DNA from: Octopus bimaculoides
Taxonomy: Eukaryota
Assembly (NCBI RefSeq): GCF_001194135.2
Contig: NC_068998.1
Coordinates: forward strand, 27,477,104 to 27,541,103
DNA length: 64,000 nt
Direction of reading: 5' to 3'
Position numbers and translations under genes: made by a program. Positions 24,471 through 34,987 of this stretch are shown one piece after another. Under the pieces are notes generated by a model that was not told where the DNA came from, searched no databases, and saw only the letters and a list, made by a program, of their open reading frames with translations. Within the stretch, counting starts at the first letter, position 1; each line of letters begins with the position of its first letter.

Positions 24471-26417
24471 CACACACATAAGTTTTACTATTTCACTCTT
24501 CAACAATTTATTGATCTTAAAACTATATCTCCCCTACTTCCTATTCTATCACTTCCTAAATAATCTCTCTAGAACTTTGAACTTGCTGCCACCTAAACTT
24601 GCTTGTACTCTCTCTCTCTCTTCCTTCTATTGTCTCACTTATTAAACCCAAATTATTACACTTTATTGAAATTTTCACTGAAGAACAGCAACTCTAGAAT
24701 TTTCTACATACTTTTAATTCTGCTACTGACATTGAAGGCATATGGCTCAGCGGTTAGAGCGTCAGGCTCACAATCATGAGGTAGTAAGTTCGAATCCTGG
24801 ACCAAGCTGTATGTTGTGTTCTTGAGCAAGACACTTTATTTCACATTGCTCCAGTTCACTGAGCTGTAGAAATGAGTTGTGATGTCACGGGTGCCAAGTT
24901 GTATTGGCCTTTACCTTTCCCTTGGATAACATCAGTGATGTGGAGAGGGGAGGCTGGTATGCATGGGCGACAGCTGGTCTTCCATACACAACCTTGCCCG
25001 GACTTGTGCCTCGGAAGGTAACTTTCTAGGTGCAATCCCATGGTCAGTCATGACTGAAGGGGGTCTTTACTCTTTACTGACATTGAAGAGTTCAGCTTGG
25101 ATATTAATTTTTTAAATCTAGCCCAACAGTCTAAAAGAACCTTGAGATCATCATCATCGTTGAACGCCCATCTTCCATGCATGTATAGGTAAGATGGTTG
25201 ACAGGAACCGGCCAGGTAGAAGACTATCCTAGGCTACTGTGTCTGTTTTGGCAGGGTTTTTACGGCTGGATGCCCTTCCTAACACCAACCACTCCACAGA
25301 GTGGTCTCAGTGCTTTATGTAGCACGAGCACAGGCAAGGTCAGTTTTGGCATGATTTTTACAGCTGGATGCCCTTCCAAATGTCCACCACTTTACAATGT
25401 GGACTGGATGCTTTTTATGTGGAACCAGCACTGGCAGGGTCACCAAATAACTTGCAAGACAAGAAATTTTGAAAGGGGCGGGGGAATTGGAGGAGGGGAT
25501 CTTGTGTCATCTGATAAAAGGTTAGTGTGACAGAGAAATAGAGAGGCAGAAACAGGTGTCTTGCTATAGCAAGAGGGAGAGGAAGAGAGAGGTACAAGAA
25601 AGTGGACAGAAACAGGTGTGCTGATGTAAAGGAGATACTTGGTTACCTAGCCAGAGGGAAGAGCAATGGAAAGAGAGAGAGAGTGGGAAGCAGCAAAAGT
25701 GCAAGAGAGAGCAGGAGAGAGAGATGGTGATGAAGTGCCAGGGTATACTCACTAGTAACAAGAATCGGAGCATAGATGTGATCGTAGAGTAAAGAAAAGA
25801 AAGATAAATGGTGACAATTGCTTCAAGAGCTCATAATATATGTGGTCAGGTATTGCCAAGAAGGCACAAGTAGGGAGTGGGGATTGCAGTGACTGGCGAA
25901 AGCTAGGTATAAAGATGGTGGTGGGGGGAGTGAGCAGGGTAGTGAGGGCAGGGAAGAGGAGTGGGAGTTGATCATAGTGTATGAAGAGGAAATGTGAGGA
26001 AGAGAAAGCTGCAGTTTGGTTTCTTGAGGTAGGGTGTGTGAAAAGTTTGTTACATGTGGGTGGAACACAACAATTCTACAACTCAGTTTTGCTGATGTGG
26101 GCGGGTCTTTTCTTGAACCTCATATCACCAAACATCTTGATTCATTGCTATTTCCTCTGTGAGCCCTAACATTCTGAGATGTTCAAAGCATCCAGATTAA
26201 ATAATAAAGTGTTAATTCTCTCATTGCATGACTTCTTAGAACCATAATAGTTCAGTAATTAATCAATCAATTGAACAGTTAATGTAGAATAATTATATAT
26301 AAAATGATTTCTCTATTTTTAATTTCAGCTCCTTCAGCTCAAACTGAGACTGTTCTAGTGTGTAATACTTGCTACAATATGCTCATGAAGAAAGAAGATA
26401 AAGAAAAACCAAGCTGA
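5218..26417 (+). CDS. ZFYVE27: Protrudin (ER hairpin-membrane protein with C-terminal atypical FYVE finger), spliced and 5'-partial
   Basis: Exons 5218-5288, 6593-6773, 9708-9803, 11330-11442, 12086-12207, 19255-19317, 21275-21404, 22188-22237, 23443-23524 and 26329-26417 all have GT-AG flanks and join in phase (997 nt, stop TGA at 26415-26417). The C-terminus GACNACNVSFSSILKRRYYCRHCGNHFCAKCCAQKVPKSLFGATAPSAQTETVLVCNTC matches recalled human protrudin (GNCTGCSATFSVLKKRRSCSNCGNSFCSRCCSFKVPKSSMGATAPEAQRETVFVCASC). RWRNP and YTILKWE also align with LLRWQMP and YRVLHWE. Confidence 0.95.
6593..6773 (+). CDS. ZFYVE27: Protrudin exon: AAFFVLVSLLVVAIATLSL...VREFQY
   Basis: tctttcag acceptor, gtaaac donor; 181 nt; transmembrane segment. 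Confidence 0.9.
7243..8840 (-). mobile_element. 5'-truncated RTE-clade LINE remnant (RT C-terminal half plus 3' UTR ending in GAT repeats)
   Basis: EKLEVVDRFRYLGDQVSCGGGCSESVAIRIR...KFRELLPLL; LLSADDLALIA; 3' tail catgccagcatggaaa...gttaaacgatgatg. Confidence 0.85.
9708..9803 (+). CDS. ZFYVE27: Protrudin exon: SLIQVNDFLIRCNEYLDSFYTILKWEEIGPSL
   Basis: atttag acceptor, gtaagt donor; 96 nt. Confidence 0.9.
10430..10715. repeat. Degenerate minisatellite with ~55-bp units
   Basis: Recurring ctctctaaaccagyraccact...atggcaatatat. Confidence 0.6.
11330..11442 (+). CDS. ZFYVE27: Protrudin exon: RFHIEICSFLIFLTMFPARWNFILFFNWFFLGHEEMLK
   Basis: ttttgcag acceptor, gtaagt donor; long hydrophobic hairpin-like segment. 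Confidence 0.9.
12086..12207 (+). CDS. ZFYVE27: Protrudin exon: YISKKSQFFMAKW...GQTEQ
   Basis: tttcag acceptor, gtgaga donor; in phase. Confidence 0.85.
12290..12700 (+). mobile_element. RTE 3'-UTR fragment (further copies near 8990-9570, 17210-17465, 25150-25460, 44040-44190, 47330-47740 and 57230-57560)
   Basis: Shared motif gagtggttggcattaggaagggcatccagc...catgccagcatggaaaa..gttaaatgatgatgat. Confidence 0.75.
14038..14226 (+). mobile_element. tRNA-derived SINE family A, running into a gap (other copies at 19460-19850 +, 20860-21215 -, 34285-34660 +, 41105-41720 - with a duplicated head, 42225-42540 - and 53095-53420 -)
   Basis: Head ggagtggctgtgtggtaag...ggttcattcccac with Pol III A/B-box-like motifs; body gggcaagtgtcttctactatagcctcgggccgacc; internal (TA)n/(CA)n. 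Confidence 0.8.
14227..15048. other. Assembly gap (other gaps at 4661-4733, 41276-41414, 49379-49884 and 59066-60033)
   Basis: N runs, mostly abutting microsatellites; small exons could be hidden in them. Confidence 1.
15163..16041 (-). mobile_element. Internally deleted Tc1/mariner (mariner-type) transposon
   Basis: About 27-bp imperfect TIRs (CAAGGGGTTACCCAAAAGAAACTGGAA versus CAAGGGGGTACCCTAACATAACCGGAA), each flanked by TA. HTH remnant CFLLGKTAAKTVV...AMSKTQVYEWFSHFRNG; KVITGDES first-Asp motif joined almost directly to the C-terminal FADVEKVKKK. Confidence 0.88.
16680..17095. repeat. Degenerate (TG)n-rich microsatellite tract
   Basis: Read directly from the sequence. Confidence 0.85.
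19255..19317 (+). CDS. ZFYVE27: Protrudin exon: VNSKKGENEESPDKEEISTSD
   Basis: tttttcag acceptor, gtaagt donor; 63 nt, phase 0-0, acidic linker. Confidence 0.85.
21275..21404 (+). CDS. ZFYVE27: Protrudin exon: GEFDFVSCD...MVARLMELKKRRQYIAS
   Basis: attctag acceptor, gtaaga donor; includes the coiled-coil-like segment before the FYVE finger. Confidence 0.9.
22188..22237 (+). CDS. ZFYVE27: Protrudin FYVE exon: GACNACNVSFSSILKRR
   Basis: ttacag acceptor, gtaagt donor; first CxxC pair. Confidence 0.92.
22940..23235 (-). mobile_element. tRNA-headed SINE-like repeat
   Basis: Minus strand reads ggcatgtggcgtagtggttagggg...gagttcaaataccggc followed by ccttgggcaagacactttatttt. Confidence 0.6.
23443..23524 (+). 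CDS. ZFYVE27: Protrudin FYVE exon: YYCRHCGNHFCAKCCAQKVPKSLFGAT
   Basis: tttccag acceptor, gtgggt donor; CxxC...CxxCC pattern. Confidence 0.93.
24738..25074 (+). mobile_element. Full-length tRNA-derived SINE (family C) with 14-bp TSD
   Basis: A box tggctcagcggtt, B box gttcgaatcc; TSD tactgacattgaag at 24724-24737 and 25075-25088. Confidence 0.88.
26329..26417 (+). CDS. ZFYVE27: Protrudin last coding exon: APSAQTETVLVCNTCYNMLMKKEDKEKPS*
   Basis: tttcag acceptor; final CxxC; TGA at 26415-26417. Confidence 0.93.
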
Positions 26418-29400
26418 ATAACTGTTTGGTGACAGCTAGTCATCTGAACTACACACTTTAAGAGCATCAAACACTCCGAGAGAAAACTGTGCTGTCCTAG
26501 ACTTCTCCTCAGCCAGACCACAACACCTGCTGCTACAAGCGACACTCACTGTTCTGACAAGAGTATGGACATCAGTATTATTTCAAAGAAGCAGAAAACA
26601 ATCATACTTTCAATTTCCTTCTATTCTTTTCAGTATGGTTTTTCTAATTGTTAAAGTTTTAACTTTAGAGATTCACACATTATTTTTAGTTTTGTGAGTA
26701 CCCAGTTTGAAAGGAATGGTCCCAGAGGAATTTAGATCATGTTTCAAAACTTAGTGAGAGGAATTTTTTAAGTTAAAGAAAAAACAGTATTTCTCCTTTA
26801 TTTTGAGAGTAGTATGAAAGCAAAACCTAATTTATTTTAAATAACCCTTCCCAACCTATATATGCATCCAGTTTTTGCTTCAGTGCCAATGTAGTTACTC
26901 TTTCATAAAGAGTTTTATCTTCAGTGTGAAGAATGTTTGCAGTTGGCTAAAATAAAAAGAGATGGGTTATGATTGTTCTATGTGTGAAGAATAGGTTTGA
27001 ATTGCATAACTATACAAATTGCATTTGCTTATATTTGAAGTAGGAGTAACTATTTCATTGATGGAACTGATTAACATAACTCTGTTAATTGAATATTTGA
27101 TTTGGTTTCTTCCGCTCAATTACTATTTTAGTAAACTTCCATAAAGTATTAGTCATAAATAAAGGAAAACCTTATAACTATTGTCATAATAGATAACAGT
27201 AGATTGGAAATGCTACAAAAGAAATTCAATATTCAGAGAAACTTAGACATAATCCCAGCTGTTGACCTACAATGAATTACCTTTCTGTAGTTCTGCAGCA
27301 AAAAGTTATATTTAGTTATTAAGTTGTACCAGAGACAGTTAACACAACACTTCATTTTTCTGACATACAAAATACATTTATCCTACATTATTACATTGTG
27401 TATGGCACAAGTGAATCCAAAATCTTAATCTTTATTGCTTTGACAGCTAATAATTTTGCTACTTAGTAACAAAAATTCAAATCATTATCATCAACAATGT
27501 CTTTATCTAGCTGTGGTCAAATTTGCCTTTCATCCCAGCCTCTCTTATTTAACATATGCTATTATATTGCTATACTGTCATCTCATCTGTAGAGTCCTAT
27601 TGCTAATGTGAGAAACCATTCTCATTTTAGCCTTATTGCATTAATGCTTCAATGTTTGGATTTATTTGTGCTCTATACTCATAACATTTATGAGATCATT
27701 TTATCAGTGATTTGTCATGTTACTTTTGTCTTGTTCTTTCAAACAAGATCTGAAAATATGAGTGAAAAGTTTCCACTATCTCAGTCACGCAACCATTTAA
27801 TAATGGATAAATTACAATTTTAAATAAATCTCGTTGAGCTTACAGCAATTTTATTAAAGGCAGGGTATATAGCAGATTTCAATAGAACTCAGTATGCGAA
27901 ATAGGATCATTTTGCATAGCTTAAATTCTACAATTGAAAAGTTTAAATTTAAATGTAACTTCTATATTAACAAAGGTCTACAGTTACTAACTAAAGTATA
28001 TTTCTCTGTTCCCCACCTCAAGAAATCGTAATGTAAACTTTAAGTATCCCACTAAATTAAGACAGAATTGTTAGTGTGCCAGAATTCTCCTGGCTTTATG
28101 TTCTGAGTTTAAATTCCACCAAGATTAACTTTGCTTTTCATCCTTCCAGGGTTGATAAAATAAGTACCAGTGGAGCACTGGGGTCAATGTGATTGACTAG
28201 GGCATACTTGACAGAGAACATTTTCTTTCCAAACAATGAATAATCAAATAGAATTAGTTGGTGAGTGAATCATGGAAAATGCTTTTTACTGATGAATCAT
28301 TATGATGATGGTGAAATAGGGATTGATTTCATATATATATGTATATATATATATATATATATATGAGCCGGGGCTAAACTACCTAAAGAATGTTTAGTGA
28401 TGTACATTCAAGCCATAATAAATTTGATATTTAAGGATGAACCCTTTCTTTTAGACTTGCCAACTAGTTTATAAATTATTGTGGAATATGAACACTTTCA
28501 ATATGAAAGTATTGGGTTTATATTATCAGCTTAACAAAGAATGTGTTGGTAATTCTGTTTCTAGGGTTACAAGTCCGTCCTGTATAACCATTAAATTCTT
28601 CTAAGCCAACAAAAAGAAAAACAAATTGCTTTATTAAAGTGTATAAGTTATAACCAAATCTTCCAGGTCTTCAACATAATATTTTAAATATACAAAGTGT
28701 TTCAGAGATTTTTAATTCAATTATTCACTATCAGCAACAAGTATTTTTCAAAGTCTTATTTATCAAAACATGTTTTGAGAGGAGGCTGTACAATACATCT
28801 AATCCCCTCTTCAGCATCGTTCTCATTTTCTTCTTACATTGTTGACCTTTCCATAGGAGAAAGTTGACATTAACATTTCATTCTTGATGGGACCATCTCT
28901 AACGAAGCAAAACTGAATTGAAATATTTAAGTTTTCTACCACTCCCTACATCAAGCATCACACAAAATCCTTTACCAAGAATTGCTTTTATCTAGTCTTA
29001 TTAAAATTATGTTGATACTGATAATAAGAAACATGTTTCTAATGTAAAAAACAATCATTCGGTGTTCAAATGGATTCATTTTGTCTTGGTTTCCTTTTTT
29101 TAATGGTCTCAGACTTAATGTGAATTCATTTTATCATGTGACTGGAATGAATTAGAAATATTTCCAAGGAGTTGACTCTTACACAAAAGCTACTGCAATT
29201 TTGTGTTCCAGGACTGAAACTTAAAAGTAATTTTTTTTTTTTTTAATCAAAATCCTCATCACTCAATTGGAGTATAGTCAATTTGTTTAATTTCTGGAAA
29301 ACATTATCTCTAATTTTCAAGGACCATGATTGCAGAAAAAACAAACAAAAAGGAAAAAAAATACAAATTTGATCTGTCTTCCTTCTTGCTATAAACAAAT

Positions 29401-30414
29401 CTTTAACTGAACAAATGACTGCAACATGTTTCTGTGTTTGATGTTGCTCTTTGTGGTGGCTGGTGATAACAAGTAGTCACAATTTTTTTTATTTACAATG
29501 TGCAACCACATTAGATTGTTGATATTGTGCTGTTATTTTGAAACTCACTTGTTAAATCTATCACCAAAAAGCTACTTTCTTTTTTTTTTTTTTTTCATCT
29601 GAAATATTCTTATGTAATTTTCCCAAGACTATTGACATTGAGTATTTCACTCTATTTGCAATTGTGATAAACTGTCTTTATTATGTAAATAATAATAATA
29701 GAAAGTTTTATATAGCTCTGAGCATCTTTAAACATTATATTGGATTTGTTTTTATTTTATTCCTTATTTTTTACATTGTTTATCATTTCATTCATACCCA
29801 GCCACTAACTTGTCTTTTAATTATAGAAGTATTCAAATTACACAGCATTAGGATTACAGCTAGCTTGTGAGAATTAATACATACCTACATGTCTTGCTGC
29901 AAACACTGTTCCTTAATAACTTTCTAATACCCATTTAGTTCCTTTCAAATTTCAGTCCATCATTTTAAAGCCTTTTGTAGTTGTAGCTATTTAAAATTAT
30001 TCTGCCAACAGGTGCCATCAATTTGTAAGTGATCTGCACTTTTGTATGCAGCAGTCATTCTCCATATGCCTGAACCAATGCAGTCTCCTCTCTTACACCT
30101 AATTCTGCTTACAAATTTTTTCTTCTTAAGTTTTCAAGCACACTAACACTGAATATCCATTGTAGAATACAAACTTTTCTTTCCAATCTTCATAAATTAT
30201 CTGAATTCAAAGCCCATATCGTGTTACTGTGCTACATTGCAGTTCTAATACAAGCATCATACAATCTGCCCTTAACTCTAAGGAAAAAAAACACTTGACG
30301 CCAACATTGGTAATGGCTCTCTTAACTTTTTCAAACCTGTTATCCTGTTTACAGAACAACCAACTAATTATGTTTCTTGGCTAATAGTTGCTCTATATTT
30401 TAGAGATGAGGAAT

Positions 30415-30862
30415 TCTATACATTATTTACATTGGATGGATGTATCCTCATCTTGTCTGTTGTTACCACAACATTTTGGCTGATTTACTCGCCAGCCTTC
30501 ATCAGGTGTCCTGGTAGAATTTTGAACCCAACTCTGGGTTCTCATTCCTAAGGTATTTTCTTTTGCTGATATTATTTATTCAAGGCACTACCTGGAATTG
30601 AACTTGGAATCTTGGTTAGTAACCTGTGCTCTTGACCATTATGCTATATGTGCATGGGCATATAGCGTAATGGCTACTAATCCCAAGATTCCAAGTTCAA
30701 TACCAGGCAGTGCCTTGAATAAATAACATAAAAAAAAAATACCTTAGGAATGAGAACCCATGGTTGGGTTCAAAATTCTACCAGGACACCTGATGAAGGT
30801 TGGCGAGTAAATCAGCTGAAACATGGTAACAAATAATGAGGAAACATATCCGTCCAATGTAA
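30415..30862. mobile_element. Head-to-head inverted repeat of a tRNA-headed element with degenerate hammerhead cores (Penelope-like pLTR derivative)
   Basis: Two arms of about 210-240 bp in opposite orientation, meeting near 30655; each has A/B-box-like motifs followed by ggacacCTGATGAagg[c/t]tggcgagtaaatcagc[c/t]RAAA. Confidence 0.75.
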
Positions 30863-32399
30863 GTTATAAAAGTTAACAACTATCAAGCCAACTGAGTATT
30901 TAACTGGATCTATTTCCAGTGTGATCATATGCATTGCTCCAGTGTGTTGTCACATGAAGCCTAATTCCTCTGTTAATCTAATCAATGATTCCACCCCACT
31001 ACACATCATGTGTTTATTGAGTACTGGATATGATGTTTCTGAGCCCTGACTTCTTTCTTACTTACTAAAACCTTAGTCTCTCCAAAATTTACTTTGAAGC
31101 CTTTCAAATCTAAGTTTAGTTCGCATGCCTGGAATCCCTAACCCCAATAAGGGTTCAGTTGTGAGAACATGATAATTAACATATAAGAGGAGTTGCTATG
31201 GCCAGATGGTCGTAAACACCTTCAGTGTGTGCGCGTGTGTTGGGTTTAGTCCCGCTGCATAACACTTAAGGCTCTGTGCTGAGCAGTTTTATGAGTAGAT
31301 GGCAACTGGAAGAAGCCCATCATGAGTGTGTATAAGTCTTTGTGTCTATCCCTGCAATCACTTGACAAATGGTATTGGTTCATTTATGTTCCTGTAACTT
31401 TGCAGTTCAGCAAAAGAGACCAATAGAATAAGTACCAGACTTCCCCTAGTATGGTCAAAGTCCAATGAATGAAACAAGTAAAAGAAAAAAACATGTATCA
31501 GCATCATTTTCATAATTACTTCCTAAACATTACAGGGGTCAAACAAAAGTATGTTTGATCAGAAAGCCTTCTGGTTGCTACTCACTTTCTACACTTGTTT
31601 CCAAATGAGGTAATAACCTCCCAGTCTAAAAACAACAGGTAAGTGTGGAGATAAACAACAAGATAGGAATGAGCCTTTTGCTCAAAGATTGCACATGTCC
31701 TGATATACTCAGAAGCCTGATGTACTTTTACAATTGAATGCAAGCAAATGACACCATCAAGGAAGCCATTGTTTACAGCCATCAATGAGGGGAGGTATGT
31801 ACTTATGCAAACACACATACATATGCATATGACAAGCTTCTCTCAGTTTCCATCCACTTGCAAGGCTTTACTCATTGTGGACTATAGTAGAAAACCTGTC
31901 CAAGTTAACATACAGTGGCACTAAGCCTGGAAGCAGGTGGTTGGGAAACAAACTTTACTACACAGCCACATATCAGGTATACTTAGCAGAGAGAGAAGGA
32001 GGGAGTTAACCAATGTTCTGTGGCAAGACGATCAGAGGCTTCAGGTGTTTTGGATCATGAAAGCATGTAAAATAAAAAAAAAAAAATCATACCATGGAAG
32101 GAGAGAAGTGTGTTTGCATGGATGATGGCTCACTTGCAGTTAGTGATTCTGCAAAGAAGGAGGTTTGGAAGTGCCACAGAAAGGTTGCTAAATGTAGAGA
32201 ATGCATGGGAGGAGAGGAGCCAACTATCTGAATCGACAGTAGCTTAGATAAAGCAATTCAAGATAGGAAGACAGGGGAAAACCCTCTGGCCCATCAGGAA
32301 TCACCACTGATATGCTTGAAATATCTGGCAGTGTAGGATATAGCCTAGTCACTTTGTATACTTAATCAGGTTGTCCACAAGGGAGTTATATCCAATGAT

Positions 32400-34270
32400 T
32401 GGTGTAGCAGCATTATAGTCAACTGCTACAAAGGTGATGCCCTAAACAAATAATTATAGTGTCAAATTGCTTGACCAGATGATGAAAGTTACAGAAAGAG
32501 CCATATCTCAATTAATTAGGAGGAGAGTTAGTGTAGATGAGATGCTGTTTGGATTTGTGCCAGGTAGAAGCACCACCGATGCTATCTTCCTGGTGAGGCA
32601 ACAGCAGAAGTACTTTGCCAAAACTAAACTTCTATATCTGGCTTTTGTTAACATTGCAAAAGCCTTTGAAAGGGTCCTCTGCTCCTTTATTTGGTGGGCA
32701 ATGCAGAAGCTAGGAATAGATGAATGGTTGGTGAGAGCTGCAAAGGCCATGTACAGAGATGCTGTCAGTAAGGTGAAAGTTGCCAATAAGTAGAGCAACA
32801 AATTTAGTGTACAAGTAAGTGTCTACCAGGGATCTATTTCTAGTCCCCTCATGTTTATCATAGTCCTCCAAGCTATAGCTGAGGAATTTAAGACTGGTTG
32901 CCCTTGGGAGCTCCTTTATACCAATGACCTTACTCTTATTGCTGAATCGCTACCAGAACTAGAGAAGAAATTTCAGATATGGAAGCAAAGACTGGAATCA
33001 AAGGGCCTTAGAGTTAATTTAGCAAAGACCAAAGTCCTGATTAGTAGGAAAACAGACAAATCACAGATCCCTTCAGGGAGATGGTCCTGCTTGATATGTA
33101 GAAAAGTATCAGGAGAAACTTCAGAAACTCAGTACAAGCTGTGGACACATAAGAGGTGCTGTGGTATCACTGGAAGATTAACAGAGAAAGTAGTCTTTAC
33201 ATGTGACAGATGTGCAGGTACATTAAACACCAGGAATGTACAAAAAATAGACTCCCTCAAATGTCGGGAAGATCCTAAGAAGTAATAGACAGTTTCTGTT
33301 ACTTAGGTGACCAAGGTAGTTGTGGTGGAGGTTGTTCTGAAAGCATAGCTGCTAGAATAAGAATAGGCTGGCAAAATTCAGAGAGCTCCTACCTCTGTTA
33401 GTAATGAAGGACCTTTCCCTCAGAGTGAAAGGCAGATTGTATGATGCATATGTATGAACAGCTATGCTACATGACTGAAGATCATCATCATTCAACGCCT
33501 GCTTTCCATGCTGGCATGGGTTAGACAGTTTGACTGAAAACTGGTAAGCTGCACCAGGTTCCGATCTGATTTGACAAGGTTTCTACAGCTGGATGCCCTT
33601 CTTAATGCCAACCACTCCAAAGTTGTAGCGGGTGTTTTGACGTGACACCAGCATTGTCCACAACTACAATCATGCTCGAAGGATATGCGAAGGCTTGAAA
33701 GAAATGAAGCCAGTATACTCTGCTGGATGGGTAATGTCAGAGTGCATATATGGACAGAGTGTGATTTGAGAGAAAAACTGGGAGTATGAGGCATCAGATG
33801 GTGTGTGCAAGAAAGAAGACTGTGCTGCTATGGTCATGTAATGCATATGAATGAAGACAGTTGCATCAAGAAGTGCCAATCTTTCTAATTGTGGAGGGAA
33901 CGCGTTGAAGGGGTAGATCCAAGAAGATGTGGGATGAAGTAGTGAGAAAGGATCTTCAGACATTGGGCCTCACAAAGGGGATGACAGGGGACCAAGACTC
34001 CTGGTGGTTTGCACACTTCAGAAGACACATCAAGCTATGTAAAAGTATGGTTGTCCTTGCATATAGGCATGTCCCCTGCATCCCTCCCCAACTGAGCATT
34101 CCTAATCTTGTAGGCTGATGGGTGCCGGTGCTGCATAAAAGCATCCAGTATACTCTGTAAAGTGGTTGGCGTTAGAAAGGATATCCAGCCATAGAAACCA
34201 TCCAAAACAAACATGGAGTCTGGCCAGCACCTGTCTAACCATCCATCTCATGAAAAATGGATGTTAAATG
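32400..34270 (+). mobile_element. 5'-truncated RTE-clade LINE remnant with a nested antisense RTE 3' tail (~33481-33680)
   Basis: FGFVPGRSTTDAIFLVRQ, LYLAFVNIAKAFERV, GCPWELLYTNDLTLIAES, GLRVNLAKTK, WDEVVRKDLQTLGL; stops and frameshifts present. Confidence 0.88.
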
Positions 34271-34437
34271 ATGATATATAATGCACAGGTGTGGCTGTGT
34301 GATAAGAAGCTTATTTCCCAACCACATGGTTCAGTCCCACTGCATGGCACTTTGGGCAAGTGTCTTCTACTACAGCCTTGGGTTGACCAAAGCCTTACAA
34401 GTGGATTTGGTGGATGGAAACTGAAGGAAGCCCGTCA

Positions 34438-34484
<47 letters not shown>

Positions 34485-34681
34485 CTGTCCACCAACACTG
34501 CTTGACAACTGGTGTTGGTGTGTTTATGTCCCTGTAACTTAGCAGTTTGGCAAAAGGAACCAATAGAATAAGTACTAGGCTTTAAAAATAAGTCCTGGGG
34601 TCAATTCGTTTCACTAAAACTCTTCAGGGCATGTGCACAGTCAAATGACTGAAACAAGTCAAGGATGGATATATATGTGTG

Positions 34682-34714
<33 letters not shown>

Positions 34715-34953
34715 GAAAAATTGAAAATGGAGACAAATGCTCAAAATGCTATTAATCATTTATATTCTCATATCATCGACATGTTTTGATGGATGCATTA
34801 AAAATCCTTGTCTCAGTTATCAATTTTTCTTATTTTCTCCTAAATATGTCTCGCTTTTCCCCGGAATCAAATCCCACTCAAGTGTAACCATTGTTTCCTG
34901 GGACACTTAAGCAACATTTAGCTACCTTGTAATTATTCCCTTGGATCTTTCCT

Positions 34954-34987
<34 letters not shown>

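Noticed and set aside
30600-30710. tRNA genes at the palindrome centre and at SINE heads
   Set aside because: No complete cloverleaf; the heads run directly into repeat bodies
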